Below are positions 24,621 through 38,159 of a stretch of DNA of 47,198 bases, in pieces. Numbering within the stretch: the stretch's first letter is position 1; each line of letters starts with the position of its first letter. A model generated the notes under the pieces. The model saw only the letters and a program-made list of their open reading frames with translations. It was not told where the DNA came from and made no database searches. The DNA is taken from contig NC_068981.1 of the NCBI RefSeq assembly GCF_001194135.2, forward strand, positions 154,051,613-154,098,810, written 5' to 3'. Made by a program: the position numbers and the translations under genes. Origin of the DNA: Octopus bimaculoides (taxonomy: Eukaryota).

Positions 24621-26413
24621 GAACCAGACACTAGTTTGATTTCATGTGATGAAATTACAACTGAAGTATTTACTGCAACGTAATTAATTATCCACAATGA
24701 ATTTACAGTGAACTGTCAGGTAATGGTATCAAACTGGGCAATGGGTTAGTCTGTTATTTACTATTCTACAGACTTTATCGAGAAATGGTTTGTTTTGTAA
24801 TATGAAACACCATAATTAATTCATTGTACACCATACAGGTTTTGGGGGATAATTTGAAATGTATTGTATATCTTTTGACCATGTAATTTTAGTCTCATTG
24901 TAGAAAATAAACAAACCAGAGCCAGTGATAGGATATTTAGCACCTTCAACCAACCAACCAGGCAATGTTTTCCATCTTCTCCTAGCCCTACAGGGTATGT
25001 GCTCTTCTCATAGCCTCACAAGATGCACCTGCTTCTCATAACCCTACAATATGTTTCCCCATCTCACAGCCTACATTGTGCACCCCCTTTAACAACTTTT
25101 TCTACAAATTCCTCTGGCCACTGTCTTCATTACACCAGCTGAAAAATGCAATAGCATTATTATCAGGCATGTCACTGAGTAAACTTATTAACTGGCAAAA
25201 TTTTTAAATGTTTCAAGTCAAATTATGTAACAGGTCATAATACCACATGATGCTCTCATCTTTCCCACTCCAACACTGTCCCTCCATCCTTTTCTGTTCA
25301 AGAAGTGTCCTCTTTTACTCTCCCTACTCACATTTCTGGCTTGCTTTGAGGTGAGAAGTGAAATAGCTTATCTTTAACTGTGTTTACTCGGACATTAGTT
25401 ATATTGGAGTAAAAGACAGAGAGATATGAGTTTCCACATCTTGCTGAAACTGTCTTTGATTTTTGTGGTTAGAGGTAAGGAAATGGAGTTCATGGATTCT
25501 TCATAAAATGGTTGTGTAGGGACCAAGAATCATGTGTTGCTCTCTATTGAGTCTCTCAACCTTTGCAGTTGTACTGGTCTACTTGGCAAGAGGTGAGGTT
25601 CGTGAATTGTTTGGTTGCCCCCAACACTCTGTTATTAGATCTCTATGGACACTGCTTATCACAGTAGAAAAGCATGCAAATCTCGAGGATATTCACTTTT
25701 GTTCTTGCTATGTGGCCTGATCAGCTGCAAGATGATTACTCAATTAATAGAACATGTGCATGATAAATACATGCCTGAATTGTGGTTCATACACAATTTT
25801 GAACTGATAATTTAGGAAAAGAGTTGTGAATCCTAGAACTCACTACTAACATGTTGTTTCTATTTTGTTGCTAATGTATAAAGATAGCAGTCTTTTGTTA
25901 TTGTAATTTAATCCCTAGTCAGCCCTGATCAAGCAAACTGATGATCAAAAGCTATTTTCAAAGGGTTATTGCTACTGTTGATGCTGTTGTTTAGCTCCAA
26001 GTCAGACCTATGATTAAAAGCATTCTAGCTATGACCATCCCATACTTTTTTCAAATGTACTGTTTTTAAAACTACAAACTATATAATCCTTCTTTTTTTT
26101 TTTTAAGAAGGCAGGGTATGATTTGATGAAGATTGGCTGCTGTTTCTAGTGGGTCAAGCAACCACAGCAGAAGTTCCCTTGATGACTGAATGTACACAGA
26201 ATAAAAGATATCTGAGACTTGGTTAACCAGAGTTGAGTATTAATTGTATAACTGAGTTTTGTAATTCATAAAAAAAAAGAATGAACATGATCTAATTAGA
26301 TATCTACTCTAACAAAATGATGAAATTATATCCATATTTGGTGAATATTATACAAATTAGATGCATTGATTAATTGTGCATAGGAAAATAATGCAATTAT
26401 GTGTAAGCTTTAA

Positions 26414-26619
26414 CCTTTTAGCATTTAAAACCAGCCATATCAGGCCCAAGCATTCTACCTATTCTATGTTCAAACCAGCTACCTACCCTATAATGCCATT
26501 CTAAAATGAGCAATCACATTATTGAACTATCTGGAAGAAATGAAATAATTCATGATTAATTCAAAATAATGTGAATAAGTGAGTATTACAGTTGGCAGAG
26601 TAGTCTGAATACTAATGGA
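26414..26619. mobile_element. piggyBac-like MITE (copy 4)
   Basis: TTAA|ccttttagcattt ... aatactaatgga|TTAA, same core. Confidence 0.7.
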
Positions 26620-27789
26620 TTAAACATTTTTGTATTTTTTTAAGTTAAAATTTTAGTTGAAGCATGATTTATTAAAATTCAATGCAATCATTCTGAGAAT
26701 TTATCCAAAATTGCAAAATCATGTTGGCAACCAAAATCAAAGAGTAATGCAGCTAGGTGTCAGAGACATGTAGTATGAAAACAAAAATGATTCAAGTTTT
26801 ATAAGGGTTGCAGTATTGCTTTGAACAGCATTGCTCTAACACTTTTATTGGGCAATTTTCCCAATAGACTATTGCTTGGGGAAAAACTCAAAGATATTGC
26901 CAATTACCCTAATTGAATCTGTTGTGCATGAACATTGAATTTCCAACAACAGTACATCTGACTCCTTTTTTCAGGATCTGGTTATGATGGTTCATTAAAG
27001 CTCAAATATTTTAAAACTAAGAATAGTTTTACAAAACTTTTCGAAAGAATAAATTTTACCAAAGTATATAGACATGAAATTGTCTTAAACATAATACACA
27101 CACACACACATATATATTTTATTGTGGGTTAACAAAGCTACCATTGGTTTCTTGCCAAGAGAAATCTCTCAACCTTTATCAAGCCTGCCACACTGCCGCA
27201 TGGGACATTGGTACTCTCTCAACAATTATGAAAATGTACATAAATATAAATGAACATGTCTGTACATATATATCTATAAGTGTGTTTGTGTATCTTTATC
27301 TTGACATCATGTACTAAATATAAACAAAGTAATACTGTCATGCAAGCAGTATCAATTGTTTGCTATCTTCTGTGAAATCCTGTTCAGTCATCACATTGCT
27401 TACATTTAAAGGACTAGGGAAAATATTAACTTTCTTAGAAACAAGTGAGGAAGGTCATCCAGCTGTAGTTTTCTACCTCAGAGAAGTTCATTTGATGCAT
27501 ACAACCATGGGAAAATGGACATTAAAATGATGAAAATGACAATATATCATCATCATTATCTTTGTTTTAACATCCACTTTTCCATGCCTGCATGGGTCAG
27601 ATAGAGTCTATTGAAGTGGCTAGATGCCTTTCTGTCACCAACCCTCACTGGCTTCCCAGCAAAGTAATATTTCCCCCCATGGTCATTCATGTTCTTGCAG
27701 AATATTGGAAATGAATGACACTGCTTACATAACAGTGACACTCATTTACAACTCACATGCAATGTCAAGACAAGGACTCACAAACATGC

Positions 27790-28008
27790 ATACAACAGGT
27801 TGCTCTCAGTTTCCATCAACCAAACCCACCCACAAGGCTATGGTCAGTCTTATGCTGTTGTAGAAGACATTTGTGCCGAAGGTGTCACACAGTGGGACTG
27901 AGCCCCACCATATGGTTGAACAACAAACTTCTTAACCACACAGCCATAACTGCACCTATAGCCATAGTTACACACACACACACACACACACAAGATGCCA
28001 GTCGAGCA

Positions 28009-28041
<33 letters not shown>

Positions 28042-28492
28042 TTGTCTCCCATCACTGCTTGACGATCAGTGCTGGTTTATTTAATTCCTTGTAATTTAGC
28101 AGTTTGGTAAAAAGAGATCGATAAAATAAATACCAAGCTTAAAAAAAAAAGTACTGGTGTGAATTTGTTCAACCAAAATTCTTCAAGGCAGTGCCCTAGC
28201 ATGGCCACACACTAACAACTGAAACACTTAAAAGGCAAAAGATAACAGGAAATAAGAAATTCTTTGGTATTATATTCACCATTACACGTGTTTCATTTGC
28301 CAAAAAATTTCCAAAAAAAATGACAAAAAATTTCTAACTTCCTGTTTTGTTATATAACTCTCTTTTTACTTGTTTCAGTCATTTGACTGCGGCCATGCTG
28401 GAGCACCACCTTTAGTCGAGCAAATCGACCCCAGGACTTATTCTTTGGATGCCTAGTACTTATTCTATCGGTCTGTTTTGCCNNNNNNNNNN

Positions 28493-28538
<46 letters not shown>

Positions 28539-28560
28539 GACGGGCTTCTTTCAGTTTGTA
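27790..28560. mobile_element. Cluster of three SINE family 1 pieces in alternating orientation (-,+,-)
   Basis: Head on minus 27790-27960, tail on plus 27990-28250, tail on minus 28365-28560 with a gap. Confidence 0.75.
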
Positions 28561-28709
28561 AATAATATTTCAATAATTCTCAATTTTAATATGTATTTTG
28601 ACTAACATACAGCAACAACTGAAACTACATAATGAATTGTAATAATGGAATAAGCAGATGTGCTTCAAGAGGAAACAGCTGGGATTTAATCTAGCTACCT
28701 GTAAATATA

Positions 28710-28925
28710 TGGTGGGGTGCTGAAAAGTTCCTGGCTTTTAGGGTATCATGAAAGGCCTGGTTGGACGCCTAACCTTCTGAGTTCTTTTGCAAAGCTTAGA
28801 AAAACTGAAGGACCATTGCAATGAGTGTGTGAATATGAGAGGGGAATATGTTGAATAAAATCATAATTAACTGATCTGCTTATATTTTTTTTACCCAAAG
28901 CCAGGAACTTTTCAGCACCTCCTCA
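28710..28925. mobile_element. Mariner-derived MITE
   Basis: TIRs ggtgctgaaaagttcctggcttt and aaagccaggaacttttcagcacc, TA on both sides. Confidence 0.8.
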
Positions 28926-29409
28926 TATGTATGTGCTGGGTGCATAAAAGCACCCAGTACACTCTGTAAAGTGGTTGGCAATAGGAAGGGCATCCAACCA
29001 TAGAAACCAAACAAAAACGGCATGGAGCCTGAACAGCCCTTCAGCTGGTCAGCTCCTGTCAAACCGTTTAATCCATATCAGCATGGAAAACAGACTTTAA
29101 ACGATGATGACGATGATGATGATGATGTGTGTGTGTGCGTGCATGCATGTGTGTGTGTGTATGTATGTAACTAAGTGCTTTGCAGTATTTAACAATGTAA
29201 TTTAAAATTATTTGAATGTAAAAATGTACTTTGGAATACAATCTCGAAATGATTTGATTGTAGCAATATGTACTTTGGGTAAGATATGCTATTTTGGAAT
29301 ACAAATAATGTTTTTTGAAATAATTTGATGTATTTTGAAATGATTTGGTTTTAATAATATACTTTGGAATTAACTAACTGCAAAGTAAAGAAATATTTTT
29401 TTTCTTTTA

Positions 29410-30106
29410 TCTTTGAGTTGCTTTAGTCATTAGACTGTGGCCATGCTAGGGCACCATCTTGAAGAATTTCTGTTGAATGAATTGACCCCAGTACTGATTT
29501 TTTAAAAACCTGGTACTTATTCTATCTGTCTCTTTTTCCACACAGCTAAATTACACAGCTGTAAATACACCAATACTGGTTGTTAGGTGGTGGTGGACAA
29601 ACACCGACACAAAGACATACACACACACACACACATACATGTATATATCCCACACAATTCAGGAGAGATGGAAAAATGGCAATATAAAGAAAATGTGCTA
29701 TAGGTGCAGGTGTGGTCATGTGATAGGAAGTTTGCTTCCCAACCACATGGTTCCAGGTTCAGTCCCCACTGCATGACACTTTGGGCAAGTATCTTCTGCT
29801 ACAGCCTCAGGTCAACCAAAGCCTTGTGAGTGGATTTGGTAGACAGAAACTGAAAGACATTCATCGTGTGTGTGTGTGTGTGTGTGTCTTTGTGTCTGCA
29901 TTTGTCCCCACCACCACTTCACAAGCGGTGTTGGTGTGATTACATCTCTGTAGCTTAGCAGTTCAGCAAAACAGACTGATGGAATAAGTATCAGGCTTTA
30001 AAAAATAAGTAGTGGGGTTGATTGAATCAACTAAAATTTCTTCAAGGCAATGCCCTAGCATGGCTGCAGTCAAATAACTGAAACAAAAGATAAAAGATAT
30101 ATAATA
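29410..30106. mobile_element. Two SINE family 1 copies: minus 3' half (29410-29640) and plus full-length (29700-30106)
   Basis: Similarity to 2656-3046. Confidence 0.8.
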
Positions 30107-31529
30107 TGTATATTGTATATGTATGTTCTCAGCTGCAGTGGAACTGTGTCAGTTGTGTGACAAAACTTTTGATGCTTTATGAAATAGATTTAAAGTGAAC
30201 TTAACAGTTATGTGTATTATTAAATAGCCTGATTGCTTTTTCCATCATGTAGTTGCACTAGTTTCAATATAAGTGCTCAGATTAAGTCTCTTGTTAGCCA
30301 GGTATAATTCAGATTTTATTTGACTAGTAGTCTGGTTCCTGTGTAGTTGGAATTTTTAGCCTGAGTCATTGAGAAATGAATGTTGTATTTAAAAGGTTGC
30401 AGAAATGTGGAGGTTTTCTGTTTTTATTTAAATGAAGTGATTTCAGTTTGTAAATGTGTGGATGTAAGCTATCAGGTTGATGTAGTATGCCAATGGGAGT
30501 GTTAGGAAAATATAATAGAATATAAATGGGAGAAGTTAAAATGCCAGTTGGTGGTATATTGTGTGGATTCAGCAGCATATCAAGGGAGCTGGTTCAGCAT
30601 TTTGTTTGTGAAAGTGATAGTCACTGATGCATGAAGAATTTATTTCTCTACAGAGAGGTTTTTGAGGTCAATGCTTTTAAGCAGATAAAATTAGCTTATT
30701 GGACTTGAATGAAGTGGTGGGAGCTGGAGGGATGAAGAGAGAGGAGACAGTAGTAGTAGAGGAGTAATTTACAGAGGGGTTTGGTTGAGGAGCAGGTTGA
30801 ATATGTGTATAAGGAGTTGGAGGTAAACATGCAGAGTTTAATAGGTGCAAAAATTTTATACCAACATTTGAATTAACTCTTCAGCGTTCAGTCAAATGTA
30901 AGGCTTATTTATTCATATTGTTTTGAATTAATCAGGTGTAGTGCACCTGAGCACTATATATAACAATTTCATTATTATTGAGCTGGAAACGTTAGCTCAC
31001 TGGATGAAATTATTAAGCAGAAACATTAGCTTACTGGTTGAAATGCTTAGTGTAAGTTGTAACAGTGTTGAAAATGTTGACACTTTCTCTAAAGTGCTTT
31101 CAAACTCATTTTCTTAGTCAATAATTTAAGTTGAATGCAAGCATTTTTAGTAGCTGACATAATTTCTCTTTGGACTGTTCTCAATTTTTCAGTTTCTTGC
31201 TTCATACACACAAATATACACTTTTGAGTTGTTTACCAGAAAAATATTTTAGCCATTCATCTAATTTAACATTCTCATTGGATCAGTAGTGACACAGTAT
31301 AATTCTTGTAAACATTAAAAACATATTTTTATAAGTGAAAAACTAATTCCTTTCTTATTCTTCTTAAAATACTTGTCTCTACAACTTATCAACTCTAAAT
31401 TTTTATGCATCGATTTTTTCCCTCTTTCATTGAAAATGTAATGAAATGGGATTTCACAGTAGAAGAAATAATCATCCAGACTATTCAGTCAAAATAGTAT
31501 CACGGTGGCATTGTGCTTCAGTAGCTTTA

Positions 31530-31749
31530 CCCTTTAATATATTAAAAAAGGCCATATCTGTCCAAAATATTCTACTTGTTTTATGTTCAAACCAGCCAGA
31601 TCTGGTCTCTCACACCTACCTTACAATGTCTTTCTAAAAATAAAGTCACATCATTGAAATCTCAAAGCGATGAGATAATAAATGATTAACTCAAAGCAAT
31701 GTAATATATAAGCCTTACATTTGACAGAGTAATCAAAATACAAAAAGGG
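31530..31749. mobile_element. piggyBac-like MITE (copy 5)
   Basis: Same core; right end aaaaggg|TTAA. Confidence 0.7.
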
Positions 31750-32117
31750 TTAATAAACTTAACTTCTTTGAAAGTACACTTGTCTGCTGACTTTGAAGGT
31801 AGAAGGCTTGTCTCTGTGGGATGTATCATGCAACTTACACTGTAATAACCTCCTCATTTTATACTATGACTTCTATGACTTCAGGGGTAGCGGGCATGTG
31901 TCTACAAGTAACATAAAACTTTATCTTGTCATTCTGGACACTCAAATTCATTTCTGCCTTGTAGTTGTTATTAGAAGCTACGCAATGATTGCAGGAGGAT
32001 TGCTTTTTATTTCTATAGACAAGCAACTGTGTCCTTTGTAAATGTGTATAAAATATATTTGATACATTAATCTTAAGATATGTTTATCAGTGAAAATCAC
32101 AGATGAACATACCTTAT

Positions 32118-32323
32118 CCCTTTAGCATTTAAACTGGCCATATCCGGCCCAAATATTATACTTGTTTTACGTACAAACTGACCAGATCCATCCCCTCACA
32201 CCTACCCTACAATGTCACACTAAAAATAAACAAACACATCATTGAAATCTCAATACAAAAAGATAATGCATGAGTAATTCAAAAAAGCATTACATCAGAC
32301 AAAATAATCTGAATGTTAAAGGG
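32118..32323. mobile_element. piggyBac-like MITE (copy 6)
   Basis: ccctttagcattt ... aatgttaaaggg|TTAA, same core. Confidence 0.75.
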
Positions 32324-32439
32324 TTAAGATAAGTGTGAGTGTAGTACTTTTTCAGTGGAAATGTGGTTATATGGCACCATATAGCAATCATCATAGAAAT
32401 GGCATTCAACTTGTACACCACAATTGTTTCAGTGATATT

Positions 32440-33385
32440 CTGGATATTCATTTACATTTTAAAATGTTTCTTTACAGCAGCTTTTAGAGAATTGCCTTTG
32501 TTGTGAATCATTTCCCAAGCAGGAAGATGAGGAATTGTCAAAGCTATAGGGTCTGTGTTGTCATATAATTTCTGCTGATACTAACATGTCGATACAGTCA
32601 CAATTTCTTGTCCTTATCTCAAAGAATAATTTGGTAATGAAAATGAAGAAGGGCACATTTCTGAAACTCTATAATGTGAATGTACTCAGCTACTCCTTCA
32701 AAAGAGGAGTCCTGCCACACCTTCAAAACATTCAGTAACTTTGTATGGTGAGTTTTGTACATTTTGCTATTAAGTCTGGTTGATTTTCCAGTTTCATTTC
32801 TGTTTAAATTGTTTGTATTTTCTGGGCATTTTGGATTACTGATGTACATTAGAAAACAGTCAGGTTTTTCATGCTTTGCTACTACTACTATTGCCAAAGC
32901 GTCTTAAAAGAACTGGTAAACTCCTAGTGAATGAAGAAGGCAGTATGACCAGTACTCCACCAGTTCTGGTTTTCTCTGGCTGCAAATATAAATGGTACTC
33001 TTCAGCCTTGAAATATACATTGACATGCCTGACCTTGCAGCTCTATCAAATGCATATTTTTATATAGTTCAGCATATGGATTGTAAATATTCTAATTTCT
33101 TGTAGAGCATACAACACATTGGGAAAACATTTTGAATTTTGAGGAGCTTCTAACTGAAATTGTAAAGATTATTTAGCATCAAAATTTTAAGTTGATTATA
33201 TTAACCAACTTTATATTATTAATTCTATTATTGAAGCTGGGCAATCAGTTTCTGGGTGCAGACAGAAGTAGAATGGTGTGTCAAACCTTGAATTTTAAAA
33301 CAAATTCCCTTTCCTTTAGATGTGATAGTCTTTACACCAAATGATGCAAACAAAACAAACTGCATAATTATAATTTTAAATAGTT
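32440..33385 (-). mobile_element. Degraded Helitron Rep-domain fragment
   Basis: ASFGVKT...GICFKIQGLTHH...AQL (33228-33509 ORF), then MAIVVVAKHEKPDCFLMYISNPKCPE and IIEFQKCALLHFH, decayed forms of AMAIV..GKPDLFITFTCNPKWPEI and EFQKRGLPHxH. Confidence 0.75.
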
Positions 33386-33444
33386 TACCTGAAATTATAA
33401 GCTCCTCCCACCCGCCGCTTTCATCATCATCATCACCATCATCA

Positions 33445-33845
33445 TTATTATTGGAGGTATAAGGCAGCAAGCTGGCAGAAATGTTTAGTGGTATTTCGCC
33501 TGTCTTCATGTTTTGAGTTCAAATTACTCTGAGGTCAACTTTGCCTTTCATCCTTTTTGGGTTGATAAATTAAGTACCAGTTGTGTAATGGAGTCAATCT
33601 AATTGTCTAGCCCTTGTGCCTAGAGTAGGCACAAGGTTGACTTTGTCTTTCATCCTTCCAGGGTCGATAAAATAAGTACCAGTTGAACACTGGGGTCAAT
33701 GTAATCGACTCGTCCCCTCCTCCAAAATTGTTGTCCTTGTGGCAAAATTTGAAACCATTATTATTATTATTATTTGAGGTTGACTTTGCCTTTCATTCTT
33801 TCAGGGTCAATAAAATAAGTACCAACTGAGCACTGGGGTCAATGT
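33445..33845 (+). mobile_element. SINE family 2: one copy plus two tandem partial copies
   Basis: Three occurrences of ttgcctttcatcctt..ggtcgataaa.taagtaccag; related pieces at about 6915-6985, 19050-19230, 44630-44770 and 46112-46600. Confidence 0.75.
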
Positions 33846-34091
33846 AATATTCTGCCTGCTGTACTTTATTCTGTGCTATGTTGTTGTGCTTCTCTCTTTC
33901 TCTTGATGTTGCTGCAAATAATTAGTTGACTGTTCATCATTCTTGTTCTCTGTTGGCTATATTTTTGATAACGTAGATACCCTGCATGTTTGTGCTCAGT
34001 CATATTGGCTCTTTATTCATATTCTTTTACTAGTTTCAGTTATTGGGGCACTGCCTTGAATATACACATATATACACCCACACATGGGTGG

Positions 34092-34134
<43 letters not shown>

Positions 34135-34812
34135 AGAATGGGCTTCCACACAATTTCTGTTTATCAACTTCATTTACAAGGCATTTGTCAGTGTGGGGCA
34201 ACAATAGAAGTCACTTCCCTAAGGTGCTGTGCGGTGGGAGTGAACCTGAAGCCACATGGTTGTAAACTGAACTTTTTAACCACATAACATGCCTTAGCCT
34301 TCGATTTTGTTGGTTTTCATCTTCAACTTTATCGTATTCCTTGTCTTTATTCTAAATCTATTATAAACTATATTAGTCGATAACTAATATTTCTTTTTCC
34401 TCACAGCATAATTATCTCCAGTTAGATTTTTAATGCTCTTTGCAAAAAATATGGTAATATTTCAATCAATATATAATAATTTGTATAATCAATATATTAG
34501 CATGAAATTGATGTGTTATCATAATTACTATCATGGCAATACAACTATTACACAGAAGCAACATTTGACAGAAGTGTGGAGTCATTTTGTTATGACCTAA
34601 CATGCTATGACTAAATCCAAAATGCAATCAATAATGATAATCAATAATTTTTGGAGTTTCCATTCATTCAGTTCTTGCTTTTATTTAAATAGAATTAAAA
34701 TAGCTTTTATATGGAAGTTTATAATATTTGTATGGGAAAAAATATAATGTACTTTACTGTAAATATTTCATAGGGTTGAGTTAAGTACACTTAGAAAAAC
34801 ACCATTTAAATG

Positions 34813-34844
<32 letters not shown>

Positions 34845-35311
34845 GCAATGCAAATAAACAAATAAAACTGCTAGCGCTAGATATATAAAATATACATACA
34901 TATATACATGTAAATATAGCGAGAGAGAGAGACTGAAAATATTCAGACTATGAACATTCATGTGTAAGTAGATAGATATTTATATATCAACCGAGCAGAT
35001 TTACACAGAATACAAAGTGTTTTCTATATTGAGCATCTTTTGATATTATCTGTTGACTCTTTCTCTTTCTCTACAAATATATATATATAAGCAATGTTAA
35101 TTCTCTAAATGAAGTATTAACAGTAACTGCACGATAAAGTGTAGTATATTGCCACTTAAGTGTGGCTGACCCCTAGGGGTGGATGTTACTGTTGCTTTTA
35201 GCCCCAGGAGGACATCTCCTCCAGCTGGCTTATCGACACACGACTGTGTCCTGTTTGCCAAGGGAAGTTATCCCTCTCACCAACATCTGCAGCACGAACG
35301 GATCCGGATTT

Positions 35312-35898
35312 NNNNNNNNNNNNNNNNNNNNNNNNNNNNNNNNNNNNNNNNNNNNNNNNNNNNNNNNNNNNNNNNNNNNNNNNNNNNNNNNNNNNNNNNN
35401 NNNNNNNNNNNNNNNNNNNNNNNNNNNNNNNNNNNNNNNNNNNNNNNNNNNNNNNNNNNNNNNNNNNNNNNNNNNNNNNNNNNNNNNNNNNNNNNNNNNN
35501 NNNNNNNNNNNNNNNNNNNNNNNNNNNNNNNNNNNNNNNNNNNNNNNNNNNNNNNNNNNNNNNNNNNNNNNNNNNNNNNNNNNNNNNNNNNNNNNNNNNN
35601 NNNNNNNNNNNNNNNNNNNNNNNNNNNNNNNNNNNNNNNNNNNNNNNNNNNNNNNNNNNNNNNNNNNNNNNNNNNNNNNNNNNNNNNNNNNNNNNNNNNN
35701 NNNNNNNNNNNNNNNNNNNNNNNNNNNNNNNNNNNNNNNNNNNNNNNNNNNNNNNNNNNNNNNNNNNNNNNNNNNNNNNNNNNNNNNNNNNNNNNNNNNN
35801 NNNNNNNNNNNNNNNNNNNNNNNNNNNNNNNNNNNNNNNNNNNNNNNNNNNNNNNNNNNNNNNNNNNNNNNNNNNNNNNNNNNNNNNNNNNNNNNNNN
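35312..35898. other. Assembly gap; others at 6139-6278, 24227-24353, 28483-28492 and 45502-46111
   Basis: Runs of N; ORF calls containing X across them are artefacts. Confidence 0.99.
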
Positions 35899-35943
35899 TA
35901 TATGTACGAAGTTGATAAACAGAAATTGTGTGGAAGCCCATTC

Positions 35944-35994
<51 letters not shown>

Positions 35995-36337
35995 CTACAC
36001 ACACATATATATACCACCCATGTGTGGGTGTATATATGTGTATATTCAAGGCAGTTCCCCCAATAACTGAAACTAGTAAAAGAACGTGAATAAAGAGTCA
36101 TATATATATATATAAGTATGATCTGGGGATCCAAGTGTAGGAAGCTAGTAAGCTTCAAGTAGTCAGTGGCAGGTATAAAGAACAAAAAATGGACAGTATA
36201 CAATAAGAAACAACAACAATTTATTGGCATTGAGAGATACATACATTTTTCCCATATCAAAGTTGCAAGGAAATTCAATAATCTGTTAGTTTCTGTATAG
36301 CTCAAAGTTAGCAACCAGAGCTGATTTATATGTACAT

Positions 36338-38000
36338 ACATCATCATTGTTTAACGTCTGCTTTCCATGCTGGCATGGGTTGGACGGTTTGACTGAGGAC
36401 TGGCAAGCCAGAAGGCTGCACCAGGCTCCAATCTGATCTGGCAAAGTTTCTACAGCTAGATGCCCTTCCTAATGCCAACCATTCCGAGAGTGTTGTGGGT
36501 GCTTTTACGTGCCACTGGCATGAGAGCCAGTCAGGCAGTACTGGTAATGACCATGCTCAAAAGGTGTTTTTTACATGTCACCTGCACAGGAGCCAGTCCG
36601 GCGGCACTGGCCATGACCTCACTCGAATGTTGTTTTTCACGTGCCACCAGCATATGTGCCAGTAAGGCGATGCTGGCAATGATCACGCTCGAATGGTGCT
36701 TTTTACATGTCACTGGCACGAGTGCCAATCAGGCAGTACTGTCATCAGCCATGTCAGTGATTTTGATTTCACTTGCCTCAACAGGTCTTCGCAAGCAAAG
36801 TTTATTGTCCAATGAATGAAGGGTACTCATAAGTGGGCTGGCTATACACCACTGACATAGGTCTCCTAGCTTCCCTTCTGGCAGTCTGATACAATTCCCT
36901 GCTACCACCGTTCTTCCAGTCCTTCCAAGCCTGTTTCTTTTCCCTAATGGCCCTGTCAACAACATTGTTCCACCACCACATTACCTTGGGTTGAGAGAGG
37001 ACTTTGCACCATCCACAGATCTGGTCAGTGACCCTCAGCAGGTTGTCATATAGAAACCTCCAGTTGTCTTCCACATCATGTGATGCTATATCCTCCTCTA
37101 TTTCGTCAAAAGCTTCGAGTAATACGTCCCTAAAGCTCTGTCCATTCACAGGATATTTAAGATTTCAGACTCTTCTCCTCCAAGCTGGTCTACTTCTGGG
37201 CATCCATTTAGCCCCAATCCTCAAGTTGCTAACTACTAGTCTCATGTTGTGGGATACATTCTTCGCGTTGGAAGGTTTTGGCATTTATAAGCAGCCATCT
37301 TTCTCTTTTCATGGCAAGGATGTAGTCAATTTAGCTAGTGTGTCCACCAGATCGGTAGGTGACTAGGTGACTGGCAGGTTTCCTGAAGTTAGAATTGCAA
37401 ACCATAAGATCATTTGCATCACAGAACTCCAGCCGTCTGGTTCCCTCCTCACTGTGGGAACCAAAACTATAGCCTCCATGTATGCCATGGAAACCCACTG
37501 CATGTTGTCCAACATGTCCATTGAAGTCACCAGCGACAAAGACAAGGTCCCTGTCATTCATCAACGAGGTAGTCAGCAAGGTGTCATAAAATCGGTCTGT
37601 CTGTCCATCAGGTAGCCCCGGCTGAGATAATGGTTGCTAACCCATGATGTAGCACTAATATAATCTTAAGTATTCTATTGCAGACTCTGACTACCTTGAT
37701 TACCTTATCAACCCATTTCTTCGCAAGAAGTTATACCCAGGCACATGACCCCATCTGTGTTCCTTGCCCAGTAAATCTTGTACCTATGTTCTTTGCCTGT
37801 GAGGAACCTAGTGGAACCTCCTCTCCACCTTACTTCTTGGATGCAACACAAATCTACACGCTTCTATTCAAGCATCTCAACAATTTCACCAGATCTACCT
37901 TTCAGTGTGCCCACATTGAGTGTGCCAATCCCAAGGGTGTGGGAGGTGTGGGCCCGTGAGACCCTAGGATGGGGGACAGCAGCGTCATGTACCTGAAAAG
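36338..38000 (-). mobile_element. Internally deleted RTE LINE (AP endonuclease, start of RT, 3' UTR and tail)
   Basis: GTLNVGTLKGRSGEIVEMLE; VAGDFNGHVG...FCDANDLMVCNSNFRKP; WWWNNVVDRAIREKK; then a jump to the same 3' UTR and tail seen at 5990-6497. Confidence 0.9.
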
Positions 38001-38159
38001 AAAGCTCGCATTTGGAAGAATTCATAAACAAACAATACCCTTCAACCTGCATACACTACACCATCATTTTTATGTGCTACATGAGCACTACCTTACATAG
38101 GAGATAAACCTTAAGTAGGGATGGGGATGGCGTTAAGCCTTTAGAAGTGTTCATGGGAG

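Noticed and set aside
30330-30620. Possible Penelope or other LINE remnant
   Set aside because: Too decayed; no diagnostic motif recovered.
35179-36070. Long ORFs of 250-300 aa; similar calls at 5759-6412, 24158-24397 and 45467-46360
   Set aside because: They are open only because they run through N gaps and microsatellites.
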